NCBI GenBank assembly: GCA_964619725.1 | Contig: CAZUFC010000185.1 | Span: forward strand, 1 to 12,977 | DNA length: 12,977 nt | Source: an uncultured bacterium | GTDB lineage: Bacteria; CSSED10-310; CAZUFC01 | Direction of reading: 5' to 3' | Shown: positions 1 through 8,526 of the stretch, piece after piece | How the letters are laid out: each line of letters starts with the position of its first letter | Position numbering within the stretch: position 1 is the stretch's first letter | The notes under the pieces: model-generated | The model's input: only the letters and a program-made list of their open reading frames with translations | Database searches by the model: none | What the model was told of the DNA's origin: nothing | Made by a program: the position numbers and the translations under genes

Positions 1-52
1 TTGGATTGTCCAAAAATTTGGGCTGATTTTGACCCTATTTTAACGATTTCTG
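1..52 (-). mobile_element. Terminal end of an insertion sequence/MITE running off the left edge; interrupts treS
   Basis: The minus strand from 52 reads CAGAAATCGTTAAAATAGGGTCAAAATCAG...TTTTTGGAC. It aligns with the MITE left end at 12313 (CAGAGATCGTTAAAAAGTGGTGAAAAAACAG...TTTTTGGAC) and with 12932 (CAGAGTTCGTTAAAA). It begins where treS homology appears to stop and supplies the treS stop codon. Confidence 0.75.
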
Positions 53-2331
53 ATTCTAAATAATTTGAAGAACAATTTGTGATCGTAGTTGATGGAAGTA
101 TTGGTCTGCTCGATATTAATCATTTTGGGGTCCTGAATGTTTTTGACATGCCTGAACATTTTCATGAATTTTGTTCTCGATATGCGCAACTTGCCGTCTT
201 TTCCTTTGAAACTCCTTAACCGAAACAGGTTTATAATGAAACTCTCGATGAAGTCTCTATCCCACATGGCATCAAAGATCATGCCTTGTTCAATATCGCC
301 TTTCTTCACCAGGCTTACGATTGCTCCGGGAGCGATACTTTTGATTCTATCGCTCTTCTCTCCTATAGGCGCAAAACTGAGAGGAAGCGAATAGAAGTCT
401 GAGGTTCCATCGTAATAAAGAACCTGTATGAAAAGAAGATGAACCGTTTCACCGTCCGAGGCTATTCGTATATCTTCCGTTATCGAGCTGCGTTCGACCC
501 TGCGGTTACCTCCGTCATACCATTTACGCCGTATTAAGTATCTGAGTATTCTTCTTTCTAATAAACTCTTGTTTTTACCCTGAAAGATGTTTTCCCAGTT
601 TTCTTTGACGTTGAAGGTCATGGTATGGACTTTAGGTTTAGTAGTAACTTCGGGCAACCTTTCTTTCAGTTTCTCCAACGAAAACCAGTAAAATCCGTAG
701 GGACTGAGCGTCAGACGATAGGGTTCTTCAGCTTTAACCACGGGAAACCTGGACCTTCCGAATATCTCCACCGGCGTCAGTCCTGCGTACGGTTCAAGAT
801 CGAATTCCACGCTTTGTGCGAGTCGCGAAAGATTCGCAGCGATCAGAATCCGTTCATTTTCATACAATCGCAAGAAAGCAAGAATTCTTGGATTTGAGGG
901 TCTAAGAAATTCAATGTCCCCTCTTCCGAAAGCCTTGTAACGCTTCCGCAGCGCCAGAATATGCCTTTTCCACCAGAGAAGCGAACGGGGATTCCGCTCC
1001 TGATTTTCCACATTGATCGATTCATAATGATATTCAGGATCAATAATGACCGGAAGAAACAATCGCTGGGGATTGGCCCGCGAAAAGCCTGCATTTCGGT
1101 CCGCGCTCCACTGCATCGGAGTTCTGACTCCGTTGCGATCGCCCAGGAACACGTTATCGCCCATGCCTATTTCATCTCCGTAGTAAATGATCGGAGTTCC
1201 GGGCAGGGAGAGCAGCAACGAATTCATCAGTTCGAGCGCTTTTCTGTCGTTATCCAGCAATGGCGCCAGTCTTCTTCTTATGCCCAGGTTGATGCGCATC
1301 TCGCGATCACGGGCATATACCTGATACATATAATCCCTTTCCTTGTCGGTAACCATTTCCAGAGTCAATTCGTCGTGATTCCGCAGAAACATCGCCCATT
1401 GGGAATTAGGCGGTATGGCCGGCGTCTGGCTGAGAATGTCGATGATGGGAAACCGGTTTTCCATGCGGATTGCCATAAAAAGACGGGGCATTATCGGAAA
1501 ATGCAGCGCCATCTGACATTCGTCGTCCTTACCGAAATAAGCTACGGCATCTTCCGGCCACATATTAGCCTCCGCCAACAGCATTCTGTCGCTGTACCTG
1601 GAATCGATGCGACTGCGCAGCTCCCTCAGAAAAGCGTGCGTCTCCGGAAGGTTCTCGCAACTCGTTCCCTCTCGTTCATAAAGATAAGGTACGGCGTCAA
1701 GACGCATGCCGTCTACTCCGCGTTTCATCCACAGATCGACCAGCTTCAATATCATCTTTCTTACGGCCGGATTATCGTAATTAAGGTCCGGCTGGTGCGA
1801 ATAAAACCGGTGCCAGTAATACTGCCCCGCTTCGGGATCAGCCGTCCAGTTGGATGTCTCGAAATCCTTGAAAATTATACGCACCCCTTTATACTTCTCA
1901 TTCGTATCCGACCAGACATAATAGTTTCTTTTTTTACTTCCCCTTGGAGACCGTCTCGCCTCCTGAAACCAGGGATGCTGATCCGAAGTGTGATTAATGA
2001 TCAGCTCCGTTATTATCCTGATGCCCCTTTTATGAGCCTCCCGCAGAAATTGGTTGAAATCTCGGGTCGTCCCGTATGAGGGATGAATGGATGTGTAATC
2101 GGAAATATCGTAACCGTCATCTTTAAGCGGCGAAGGATAGAAGGGGAGCAGCCAGACAGCGGTTATTCCCAGGTCCTGAAGATAATCCAGCTTGCGGGTA
2201 AGACCCCGAAAATCGCCTATGCCGTCGCCCTTGCTGTCATAAAACGACTTGACATGCACCTGGTATATGACGGCATCCTTGTACCATAAAGGATCGACCG
2301 GCAGGCCTGAGTCTGTGTCTTTCGGATGCAT
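40..2331 (-). CDS. treS: Trehalose synthase (maltose alpha-D-glucosyltransferase, GH13) fused to the N-terminal part of a maltokinase (Pep2/Mak) domain; C-terminally truncated
   Basis: TreS motifs WYKDAVIYQVHV, SPLKDDGYDI, NHTSDQHPWF, RLDAVPYL (nucleophile Asp), LLAEANMW, FLRNHDELTLEMVT and LGDRNGVRTPMQW. After about aa 560 comes a Mak-like region ending EQTNTS...KLFR, followed by IRNR* read largely from the IS end. An AAGGAGGG RBS lies inside the malQ 3' end. Confidence 0.93.
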   Translation of the reverse strand: MHPKDTDSGLPVDPLWYKDAVIYQVHVKSFYDSKGDGIGDFRGLTRKLDYLQDLGITAVWLLPFYPSPLKDDGYDISDYTSIHPSYGTTRDFNQFLREAHKRGIRIITELIINHTSDQHPWFQEARRSPRGSKKRNYYVWSDTNEKYKGVRIIFKDFETSNWTADPEAGQYYWHRFYSHQPDLNYDNPAVRKMILKLVDLWMKRGVDGMRLDAVPYLYEREGTSCENLPETHAFLRELRSRIDSRYSDRMLLAEANMWPEDAVAYFGKDDECQMALHFPIMPRLFMAIRMENRFPIIDILSQTPAIPPNSQWAMFLRNHDELTLEMVTDKERDYMYQVYARDREMRINLGIRRRLAPLLDNDRKALELMNSLLLSLPGTPIIYYGDEIGMGDNVFLGDRNGVRTPMQWSADRNAGFSRANPQRLFLPVIIDPEYHYESINVENQERNPRSLLWWKRHILALRKRYKAFGRGDIEFLRPSNPRILAFLRLYENERILIAANLSRLAQSVEFDLEPYAGLTPVEIFGRSRFPVVKAEEPYRLTLSPYGFYWFSLEKLKERLPEVTTKPKVHTMTFNVKENWENIFQGKNKSLLERRILRYLIRRKWYDGGNRRVERSSITEDIRIASDGETVHLLFIQVLYYDGTSDFYSLPLSFAPIGEKSDRIKSIAPGAIVSLVKKGDIEQGMIFDAMWDRDFIESFIINLFRLRSFKGKDGKLRISRTKFMKMFRHVKNIQDPKMINIEQTNTSINYDHKLFFKLFRIRNR

Positions 2332-2332
2332 C

Positions 2333-3907
2333 TTAGAATCCCTCCTTCAGAGGGTCCGGAGCAGATTCTACTCCCGGCGGCACTCTTTCATAAATGATCG
2401 TTAATTCCTTGAGTTTCTCCCTGATCTCCCGTGTCAGCATATCCTCGGTGAAACGCCATTCCCAGTTGCCTTTTATTGTACCGGGCAGGTTCATGCGCGC
2501 TTCCGTTCCGAGCCCCAGGATATCCTGCAAAGGGTAAAGCGCCGTCTCAGCGACTGAACCTAATGCCAGCCTGATAAAGTCCCAGTGAATGGCTCCGTCG
2601 TCTTCCCTGCCGGTATACTTCAGCACATACCTGCGCTCACTTTCTATTTCCTGCTTCGATTGAGTGGACTGCGAGCCGGGTTCGGCATTGAACCATCCGA
2701 CAGTGGTGTTGTGATCATGGCCGGCAGTGTATACCACGCAGTTCTCAATATGATTGTGCGGCCGATATTCAGAAGCCTTGGGATCGTTGCCGAAAGCCAT
2801 CTGCAATACCCTCATTCCAGGATGTCCAAGCTCTTCCCGCAATCTGTCCACTTCCGGTGTGATTACTCCCAGGTCCTCCGCTATCATATCTAAGTCTCCC
2901 AGACTTCCTTTAACCGCATCGAATAATTTTTTACCGGGTCCCTTCACCCACCTGCCCTTTACCGCCGTGCTTTCACTCGCCGGTATCTCCCAGTAAGCCT
3001 CAAATCCCCGAAAATGATCTAATCTGACTATATCCGCTATTTTAAAATTCATTCTGAAACGGTCCACCCACCACTCGAATCCATTTCCAGACATCACGTT
3101 CCAACGGTATATCGGATTCCCCCATCGCTGTCCCGTTGCGCTGAAGTAATCAGGCGGCACACCCGACACAACTTTCGGATACCCCTGCTCATCCAGATGA
3201 AACAACTCCCTATGAGCCCATACCTCTGCGCTGTCCTGCGCTACATATACCGGCAGGTCGCCGATTATTCGTATATCGCAGCTCCGGCAAAATTCCCTTA
3301 ATGCATCCCACTGCTTGAAAAATTGGTATTGGACATACTTCCAGAACATGATCTCTTCACTCATTCTCTCGCGGACGCTCATCAACGTTCCAGCATCCCG
3401 CTTCACCAACTCCTTCTCCCATTTCATCCATTCGACTCCCCTGTGAGCATCCTTCAAAGACACAAACATGGCATAGTCATCAAGCCAAAACGAATTGTTT
3501 TCACAAAACTCCGTGTAATCGTCGGGATACTTCGGATCGTATTCGCTCCTGAAATTCTCGTATGACCTATGCATAAGCTTCATCTTATAATCGAGCGCCG
3601 AACCGTAATCCACTCTGTCGCACGGAAACGGAGGAATAGAATTCAAATCGCTGCTGCTCAACAGCCCCTCCTCTACCAGCTTTTCGGGACTTATCAAATA
3701 AGGATTCCCTCCGAATGCCGATATGCAGTTGTATGGGGAATTTCCGAAACTTATATGCCCTAAAGGCAGTATCTGCCAATAACGATGATTCGTATCCTTT
3801 AAAAATCGCACAAAACGATACGCTGCTTCCCCAAGGTCTCCGATACCGTAACGGCCCGGCAACGATGTGGGATGCAAAAGCGCCCCGCATTCTCGCTCTC
3901 CTTTCAT
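2333..3907 (-). CDS. malQ: 4-alpha-glucanotransferase (amylomaltase, GH77)
   Basis: GH77 motifs LLHPTSLPG, WQILPL, SPY..SAFGGN, IIGDLPVYV, GVPPDYFSATGQRWGNP, RLDHFRGF, IAEDLG, HDHNT and ARMNLPG...NWEWR. Its stop is 1 nt upstream of the treS ATG, consistent with an operon and translational coupling. Confidence 0.96.
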   Translation of the reverse strand: MKGERECGALLHPTSLPGRYGIGDLGEAAYRFVRFLKDTNHRYWQILPLGHISFGNSPYNCISAFGGNPYLISPEKLVEEGLLSSSDLNSIPPFPCDRVDYGSALDYKMKLMHRSYENFRSEYDPKYPDDYTEFCENNSFWLDDYAMFVSLKDAHRGVEWMKWEKELVKRDAGTLMSVRERMSEEIMFWKYVQYQFFKQWDALREFCRSCDIRIIGDLPVYVAQDSAEVWAHRELFHLDEQGYPKVVSGVPPDYFSATGQRWGNPIYRWNVMSGNGFEWWVDRFRMNFKIADIVRLDHFRGFEAYWEIPASESTAVKGRWVKGPGKKLFDAVKGSLGDLDMIAEDLGVITPEVDRLREELGHPGMRVLQMAFGNDPKASEYRPHNHIENCVVYTAGHDHNTTVGWFNAEPGSQSTQSKQEIESERRYVLKYTGREDDGAIHWDFIRLALGSVAETALYPLQDILGLGTEARMNLPGTIKGNWEWRFTEDMLTREIREKLKELTIIYERVPPGVESAPDPLKEGF

Positions 3908-4218
3908 TATTTCGTCCCTCTCAACATCCTTCTGTTCTCCTTAATAAAAATTCATGATGCAAACCTTGCCTTAAATCGACAAGCCAATATTTTTGATCTG
4001 CAGGAAATATGCCGAAAACTTTATTACTGGCTGACTGTCGTTTGGAAATTTGGCACTGAACAAATCCGCGGCCTGAAGCAGTATCAGGGAAAATTAGCCC
4101 TTTATGGACAAAAAGTAAATGCCTTCGGCGCTTAAAAATGCTGTTAGAAATATTACGAAAATAAATTGATATTTTTCTAATCATCCACAGACAAATCTTA
4201 ACGGCATCCCCCTCAACC

Positions 4219-6330
4219 TTAAAGCTCAATTTCTCTCACAGGACGCAGGCCGCGATCATTAGAACGAGACGACGGAGGATTTCTCAATCGAAAAGCGGAA
4301 CGGCATGCTGAGGCGTAATGACTCCAACCGGCGCCCCTTTGGACTCGGCAGTAATCAAATTCCGCTCCTGTCGGGTCAACGACGGGTTCAGCGGGATATT
4401 CGCCGTAATAGTCCCAGCACCATTCCCATACATTGCCGTGCATGTCGAATAATCCCAGTGAATTTGCCTCTTTCTGAGCGACATCGTGCGTTTCCAGGGA
4501 TGAATTGAAGTAGTACCAGGCCAGCGGATCAAGGTTGGGGTCCTCGTTGCAACTTGTATTATCATCTCCGCTGTTATAGGGAGAAGTTGTTCCCGCCCTG
4601 CATGCGTATTCCCATTCCGCTTCCGTGGGGAGCCTGTACCCGTTTGCAGACTGATCCCAGTATACCGTTCCGCTTGTTACTGGCGGAGTTCCATCGAATG
4701 CCGTCGTATAAGATTCATCCTCATAATAGCACGGCGTTAAACCTTGAGCGGTTGAAATCCTGTTGCAGTATATACAGGCATCAAACCAGCTTACGAATTC
4801 GACCGGCTTGTCGTCGCCGGCAAAATGAGACGGATTTGTTCCGAAAACGGCTGTCCATTGGGCTTGCGTCACTTCCGTTTTCTGTATCATGAATCCTTTC
4901 GTTAGAGTAACCGTATGAAGAGTTTCATCTGTTTGACGGCACATTTCATCCGTCGGCGATCCCATTTGAAAAGTTCCCGGAGGGCAATAAGCGAAATTGT
5001 CCGGGAAGTGAGCGATCTTCAGGAAACTGCCCGTTCGATAAACCGCTCCGAAAGTCAAACCGGCAGCCAATGCCGCTGCATTATTATCATATTCAGGAAT
5101 ATCGCTCAAGTGCAATGGCGAAGTCGGGGCATCGGTTCCGATACCCAATGATCCTGTAGCTTCATCATAATAGACTTCAGCGCCGGCAGGCGTACCCTCG
5201 TCGTTAAAAATCAATTGCCTGTTCGATCCTGCTGCAGGCCCTGCCGCTCCTGTGGGACCTTCAACGCCGGTATCGCCTTTTGGACCGGTAACTCCTGTAT
5301 CGCCGTCCGCGCCTACCGTACCTGCAGGACCTGTCGGTCCCCTCTCCCCCATCGCGCCGGTATCGCCTATCGGACCGACATCGCCTGTCAATCCAATGGG
5401 GCCGGATGGACCACGGGCTCCTTCCGGACCAGCCGGACCCTCGACGCCAGTATCGCCCTGAGCGCCCATAACCCCGGTGTAACCCACCGGTCCTGCCGCT
5501 CCTCTGGCGCCGGTATCTCCTTTCGGACCGATCATTCCTGTACCGCCCGACGGACCGGTCGGACCTGTATAGCCCCACGGTCCCTCAATACCCGTATTCC
5601 CCGTCGGTCCAGTCGCTCCTTTAACGCCGGTATCTCCTTTCGGACCTTCAAGTCCGGTTTCACCGATCGGACCAGTCGGACCGCTCATTCCTGTATCGCC
5701 TTCCGGACCGGTAACTCCTGTATCCCCCGAAAGTCCCGCCGGACCCGTCGGACCGATCTCCCCCGTCGCACCCGCCGGACCCTGCAAACCGGCAGGATCG
5801 CCGACCCAGCGCCCGAAATCATCAATGACCAGCGATGACTTGCCTTCATAACCCGCTATACTCAAACTTCGAGGCGTTATATCCTGATCATATACATCTT
5901 CGGCCTGAAACGCATATCCCACGCTCGTCAAACGCTGATCAGGCGAAAGCTGCTGAAAATCCTCTCCACTCGCCGAAAACCATATCCGTAGATAAAGCTC
6001 ATCCGCTGCGAATACCGATGCCGGTATGGAAACCATGCCGGCTCCAGCGCCAAGGATTATATTGTAAAGCCCATTCGTTACGGTCGTCGCTGCTGCCTCG
6101 ACTGGCGGATCAGGCTGAACCCCGTCATTGGTCCACAATATTTCACCGCCGGCATCGACAATCGCAAACTTGAAATAACCAGTCAATTCCGTTGGATAAC
6201 CGTAAGGCTCTCCGTCCACCTCTATCTTACCCTGATAATTGATCATACCCGGAGCGCCCTGAATGATTGAATGACATACCAGAATCAATACTACAGGCGT
6301 CAGGATTTTCCTTATGCATAAATTTTCCAT
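4219..6330 (-). CDS. Secreted fibre/adhesin-like protein: signal peptide, INYQG-type N-domain, collagen-like stalk, GIGT..P neck repeat, C-terminal FGE-sulfatase (SUMF1/CLec-fold) domain
   Basis: Start re-assigned to ATG 6330 because GGAGAGG lies upstream and a hydrophobic signal [25 protein letters not shown] follows. FGE motifs: [58 protein letters not shown]...CRSA.R, GLRP. Confidence 0.88.
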   Translation of the reverse strand: MENLCIRKILTPVVLILVCHSIIQGAPGMINYQGKIEVDGEPYGYPTELTGYFKFAIVDAGGEILWTNDGVQPDPPVEAAATTVTNGLYNIILGAGAGMVSIPASVFAADELYLRIWFSASGEDFQQLSPDQRLTSVGYAFQAEDVYDQDITPRSLSIAGYEGKSSLVIDDFGRWVGDPAGLQGPAGATGEIGPTGPAGLSGDTGVTGPEGDTGMSGPTGPIGETGLEGPKGDTGVKGATGPTGNTGIEGPWGYTGPTGPSGGTGMIGPKGDTGARGAAGPVGYTGVMGAQGDTGVEGPAGPEGARGPSGPIGLTGDVGPIGDTGAMGERGPTGPAGTVGADGDTGVTGPKGDTGVEGPTGAAGPAAGSNRQLIFNDEGTPAGAEVYYDEATGSLGIGTDAPTSPLHLSDIPEYDNNAAALAAGLTFGAVYRTGSFLKIAHFPDNFAYCPPGTFQMGSPTDEMCRQTDETLHTVTLTKGFMIQKTEVTQAQWTAVFGTNPSHFAGDDKPVEFVSWFDACIYCNRISTAQGLTPCYYEDESYTTAFDGTPPVTSGTVYWDQSANGYRLPTEAEWEYACRAGTTSPYNSGDDNTSCNEDPNLDPLAWYYFNSSLETHDVAQKEANSLGLFDMHGNVWEWCWDYYGEYPAEPVVDPTGAEFDYCRVQRGAGWSHYASACRSAFRLRNPPSSRSNDRGLRPVREIEL
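5233..5790 (-). repeat. Collagen-like (Gly-X-Y)62 coding repeat
   Basis: 62 uninterrupted G-X-Y triplets from GLQ to GPA in the translation, rich in GPT, GDT and GPA. Confidence 0.95.
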
Positions 6331-6575
6331 CTTTTCCTCTCCTTCCGACAGCAGGTGCGTCGACTCATGAAAAAGATAATCAGTCAACAATTGCACCGGA
6401 AATCGATGCAGAATGCTTAAGCCGACATTTTAATTTTAATGTAAAAAGCAGGCATCTTCAAATTCAGGTCACGATTCTTTTCGAAAAATTCGTTCAGGCG
6501 AAATTCCCATCAGCGATCCTGACGATTCACTCTCAATTTTCGGAAAAATAAATTTGGGACTCAAAATTCAGGACT

Positions 6576-6998
6576 GATCAAACTGGGGTTTAACTTCTTT
6601 CAAAACTATCGACAGCTTGTTTCAGTGATCGGGGTCGCTATAAGGGTCGCAATCGCAATCGAAACAAAAGGAGGGGATATTCTGTAGGATTGTAATCTCA
6701 AAAGACGTATTTTTGATCAATGCCATAAATTCTCTTCGCTGTCGCAATCGGTATCGTATTCGGTATCGCCATCGGCATCGGGGTCGGTGTCGGTATCGCA
6801 ATCGGAAACTCTGGGATCGATCAAACTGGGATTTAACTTCTTTCAAAACTATCGACAGCTTGTTTCAGTAATCGGGGTCGCTATAAGGGTCGCAATCGCA
6901 ATCGAAACAAAAGGAGGGGATATTCTGTAGGATTGTAATCTCAAAAGACGTATTTTTGATCAATGCCATAAATTCTCTTCGCTGTCGCAATCGGTATC
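6576..6998 (+). repeat. Direct repeat: two 180-bp copies (6576-6755 and 6819-6998), period 243 bp
   Basis: The copies are identical except G6588/A6831 and G6627/A6870. A degenerate third unit start (GAAATTCCAGGTCAGGTCAAAC) follows at about 7005-7026. Confidence 0.95.
6735..6806 (+). repeat. Degenerate hexamer tract (NTCGNN)12
   Basis: ttcgct gtcgca atcggt atcgta ttcggt atcgcc atcggc atcggg gtcggt gtcggt atcgca atcgga. Shorter tracts occur at 6628-6663 and 6871-6906, and an inverted tract at 8104-8157. Confidence 0.9.
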
Positions 6999-7062
6999 AG
7001 TATCGAAATTCCAGGTCAGGTCAAACCTTGAATACATTTTGTCTCAATCCAGAAATCTCTTA

Positions 7063-7151
7063 AGCTCCGAAGGAGCGCTGTACGAAAGCCCAGGGTTAAG
7101 CGAAGCGCAACCCTGGGTCAGACAAGAAAAAATGAAAGCTCTGAAAGGGCG
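7063..7151. repeat. REP-like hairpin cluster of the kind found beside IS200-like/REP-associated tyrosine (Y1 HUH) transposases
   Basis: GCTCC-GAA-GGAGC (7064-7076), CCCAGGGTT-N11-AACCCTGGG (7089-7117) and AGCTCTGAAAGGGCG (7137-7151). The family link is from recall. Confidence 0.6.
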
Positions 7152-7412
7152 CCGTAAATTCCCGATTCAGCGGCTATGATAACGTAACGGAAGGCAAAGC
7201 TGTTCGTAAATACTCCGAATCAATTCAGCGCCGAACTGTAACCTCGAAATGTCCATTTTTGATCGATGACGAAAACTCGCAGCTTCCATCATGCGCTATA
7301 TCTTGTCGCCGAAAGAATTCAGAGACTGGTATGAGATAACTTATTGAATTTATAAACTAAAGGCCAAAAAGCCGCAGAAAAGGTCCTCCCCCATTTATTC
7401 GGGCCCTCCCCC

Positions 7413-7438
7413 GCCCGATTGGTTTCGGGCTTTCTTCT
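7413..7438 (+). terminator. Possible intrinsic terminator-like hairpin
   Basis: GCCCGA-ttggtt-TCGGGC followed by TTTCTTCT. No upstream plus-strand gene is evident. Confidence 0.3.
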
Positions 7439-7580
7439 CATACGGGCGCAGTCTTTCCCCCTGTCGGGAGAGGCGGACTTGCGCCCCCTTAACCCAACCT
7501 ATCGGACATAGAGTATCTGCGTGCGGCCGCAGCGGACGTTTTTCCTTAAGCAGGATTCATGCCGAATCATTGACGGCTCC

Positions 7581-7727
7581 TAACTTATTGTTTTTATTGA
7601 TGCAAGATAATGATAACGACACAATGGGGGTCAAATTTTTTGAATTTTATTCAAATTTTTTGACCCATATTTTCTAAACACTATGAAAACAATAAGTTAT
7701 GAGAAGATAAAAATTCAAATTTTTTGA
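7581..7727. promoter_or_regulatory. Symmetric protein-binding/recombination-like site: inverted IHF-like boxes around TCAAATTTTTTGA repeats
   Basis: TAACTTATTGTTTT (7581-7594) and its exact reverse complement (7686-7699), each 1 mismatch from the IHF consensus WATCAANNNNTTR. TCAAATTTTTTGA occurs at 7631, 7651 and 7715. Confidence 0.45.
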
Positions 7728-7983
7728 ATTTCATAATTTTCGGATTGCGGCAGCCGACTTAATGACCTGATTTCAAACTTCGCATCATCTTTAAAGACTC
7801 GCATCAGAGGTTTTTTGGTCCTCCAGGAAAATTGAGAGGCATTCTTAATGCCCATCCGTCATTCACTGGCGATGATCCCGCAGCGCCCGGTCGAGTCCAG
7901 GACAAGTTCGTTTAGCATGTTCCCTTCGGTCATCCTTGACCCGGCTTCTGCTCTGCGGCATTCTGCAGGTGACGACCGCAAGC

Positions 7984-8002
7984 GTTAAAACGACGTTTTA
8001 AC
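7984..8002. promoter_or_regulatory. Operator-like perfect inverted repeat
   Basis: GTTAAAACG-A-CGTTTTAAC (9-1-9). Confidence 0.35.
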
Positions 8003-8042
8003 TCAAGTCGATCGGGAAAATATTTATCCCCTTGATGAGCTT

Positions 8043-8213
8043 TTCTGGCAATGATCAGAAAGCGTCTTTTGAGGTTACGATTCTACAGAACTTTCCATCA
8101 TTTCGATCCCGATTGCGATCCCTACCCCGATACAGATACCGATACCGACCTCGACTACTGAAACAAATTGTCAAAAGTTTTGAAAGAAGTGTAACCCCTG
8201 TTTGATCAGTCCC
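8043..8213 (-). repeat. Diverged inverted copy of the 6571-6729 repeat unit
   Basis: The reverse complement GGGACTGATCAAACAGGGGTTACACTTCTTTCAAAACTTTTGACAATTTGTTTCAGT-(hexamers)-...TTCTGTAGAATCGTAACCTCAAAAGACGCTTTCTGATCATTGCCAGAAA aligns co-linearly with copy 1. Confidence 0.9.
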
Positions 8214-8311
8214 AAAAATTGTAACCTCGAAACAAGGATATCTGATCAGCGCCAAATTTTCGAAACACGAGAAGAAGCTTGCAAACGTGAGAGTGATCAC
8301 ACACCTCGTAA

Positions 8312-8526
8312 ATCAAACCTCATGGTGGGTACCGTAGACTGAAATCGTAACAGATGACCGAAATCATCTACGATGCAACGGTTGCATTTTGCAAGCGATT
8401 CATCAGCAAATTTTCCCGTACCCGTGACCAGATGGTGCAGGCCGCCAGGAGTGGCAATCAGAACATTGCAGAAGGCAGCATGGCATCCGGTGGGGCAAGG
8501 ACCATGAAAAAGCGAAAGCAATCAGA
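8312..8526 (+). pseudogene. Four-helix-bundle protein (23S rRNA IVS-protein-like, 'four helix bundle suffix' type) pseudogene
   Basis: Reads IKPHGGYRRLKS*QMTEIIYDATVAFCKRFISKFSRTRDQMVQAARSGNQNIAEGSMASG, with an in-frame TAA at 8348-8350 where the family has Y/F. A frame-shifted WGKDHEKAKAIR (8491-8526) follows, which lies further downstream in intact homologues, implying an internal deletion. The rest of the 8354-8704 ORF is read-through. Confidence 0.8.

Noticed and set aside
961..2079. 372-aa plus-strand ORF and other ORFs antisense to or overlapping the four large genes
   Set aside because: They are shadow frames of well-supported genes with no recognisable motifs. Those at 5215-5838 and 8789-9246 simply mirror the collagen and Pro/Thr repeats.
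3921..4229. 102-aa ORF between the fibre gene and malQ; sigma-54-like GG..TTGC near 3958-3975
   Set aside because: The ORF is AT-rich, has no recognisable motifs and is probably the malQ promoter region. The GG-GC spacing is 8 rather than the required 10.
6622..6846. 74-aa ORF with RYRHRPR/DCDCDP runs (and the similar ORF at 8055-8300)
   Set aside because: These are translations of the hexamer tracts within the non-coding repeat unit.
6576..6998. Tandem copies as a TR/VR pair (both mismatches are A versus G) or as a CRISPR array
   Set aside because: Two transitions are too few to imply adenine-specific mutagenesis, and the region is non-coding. The 180-bp units do not fit CRISPR repeat-spacer geometry.
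4219..8526. Complete DGR (FGE target plus Avd-like four-helix gene)
   Set aside because: There is no reverse transcriptase and no template repeat matching the FGE 3' end in the window. The four-helix relic resembles the 'suffix'/IVS-protein type rather than a clear Avd, and it is broken.
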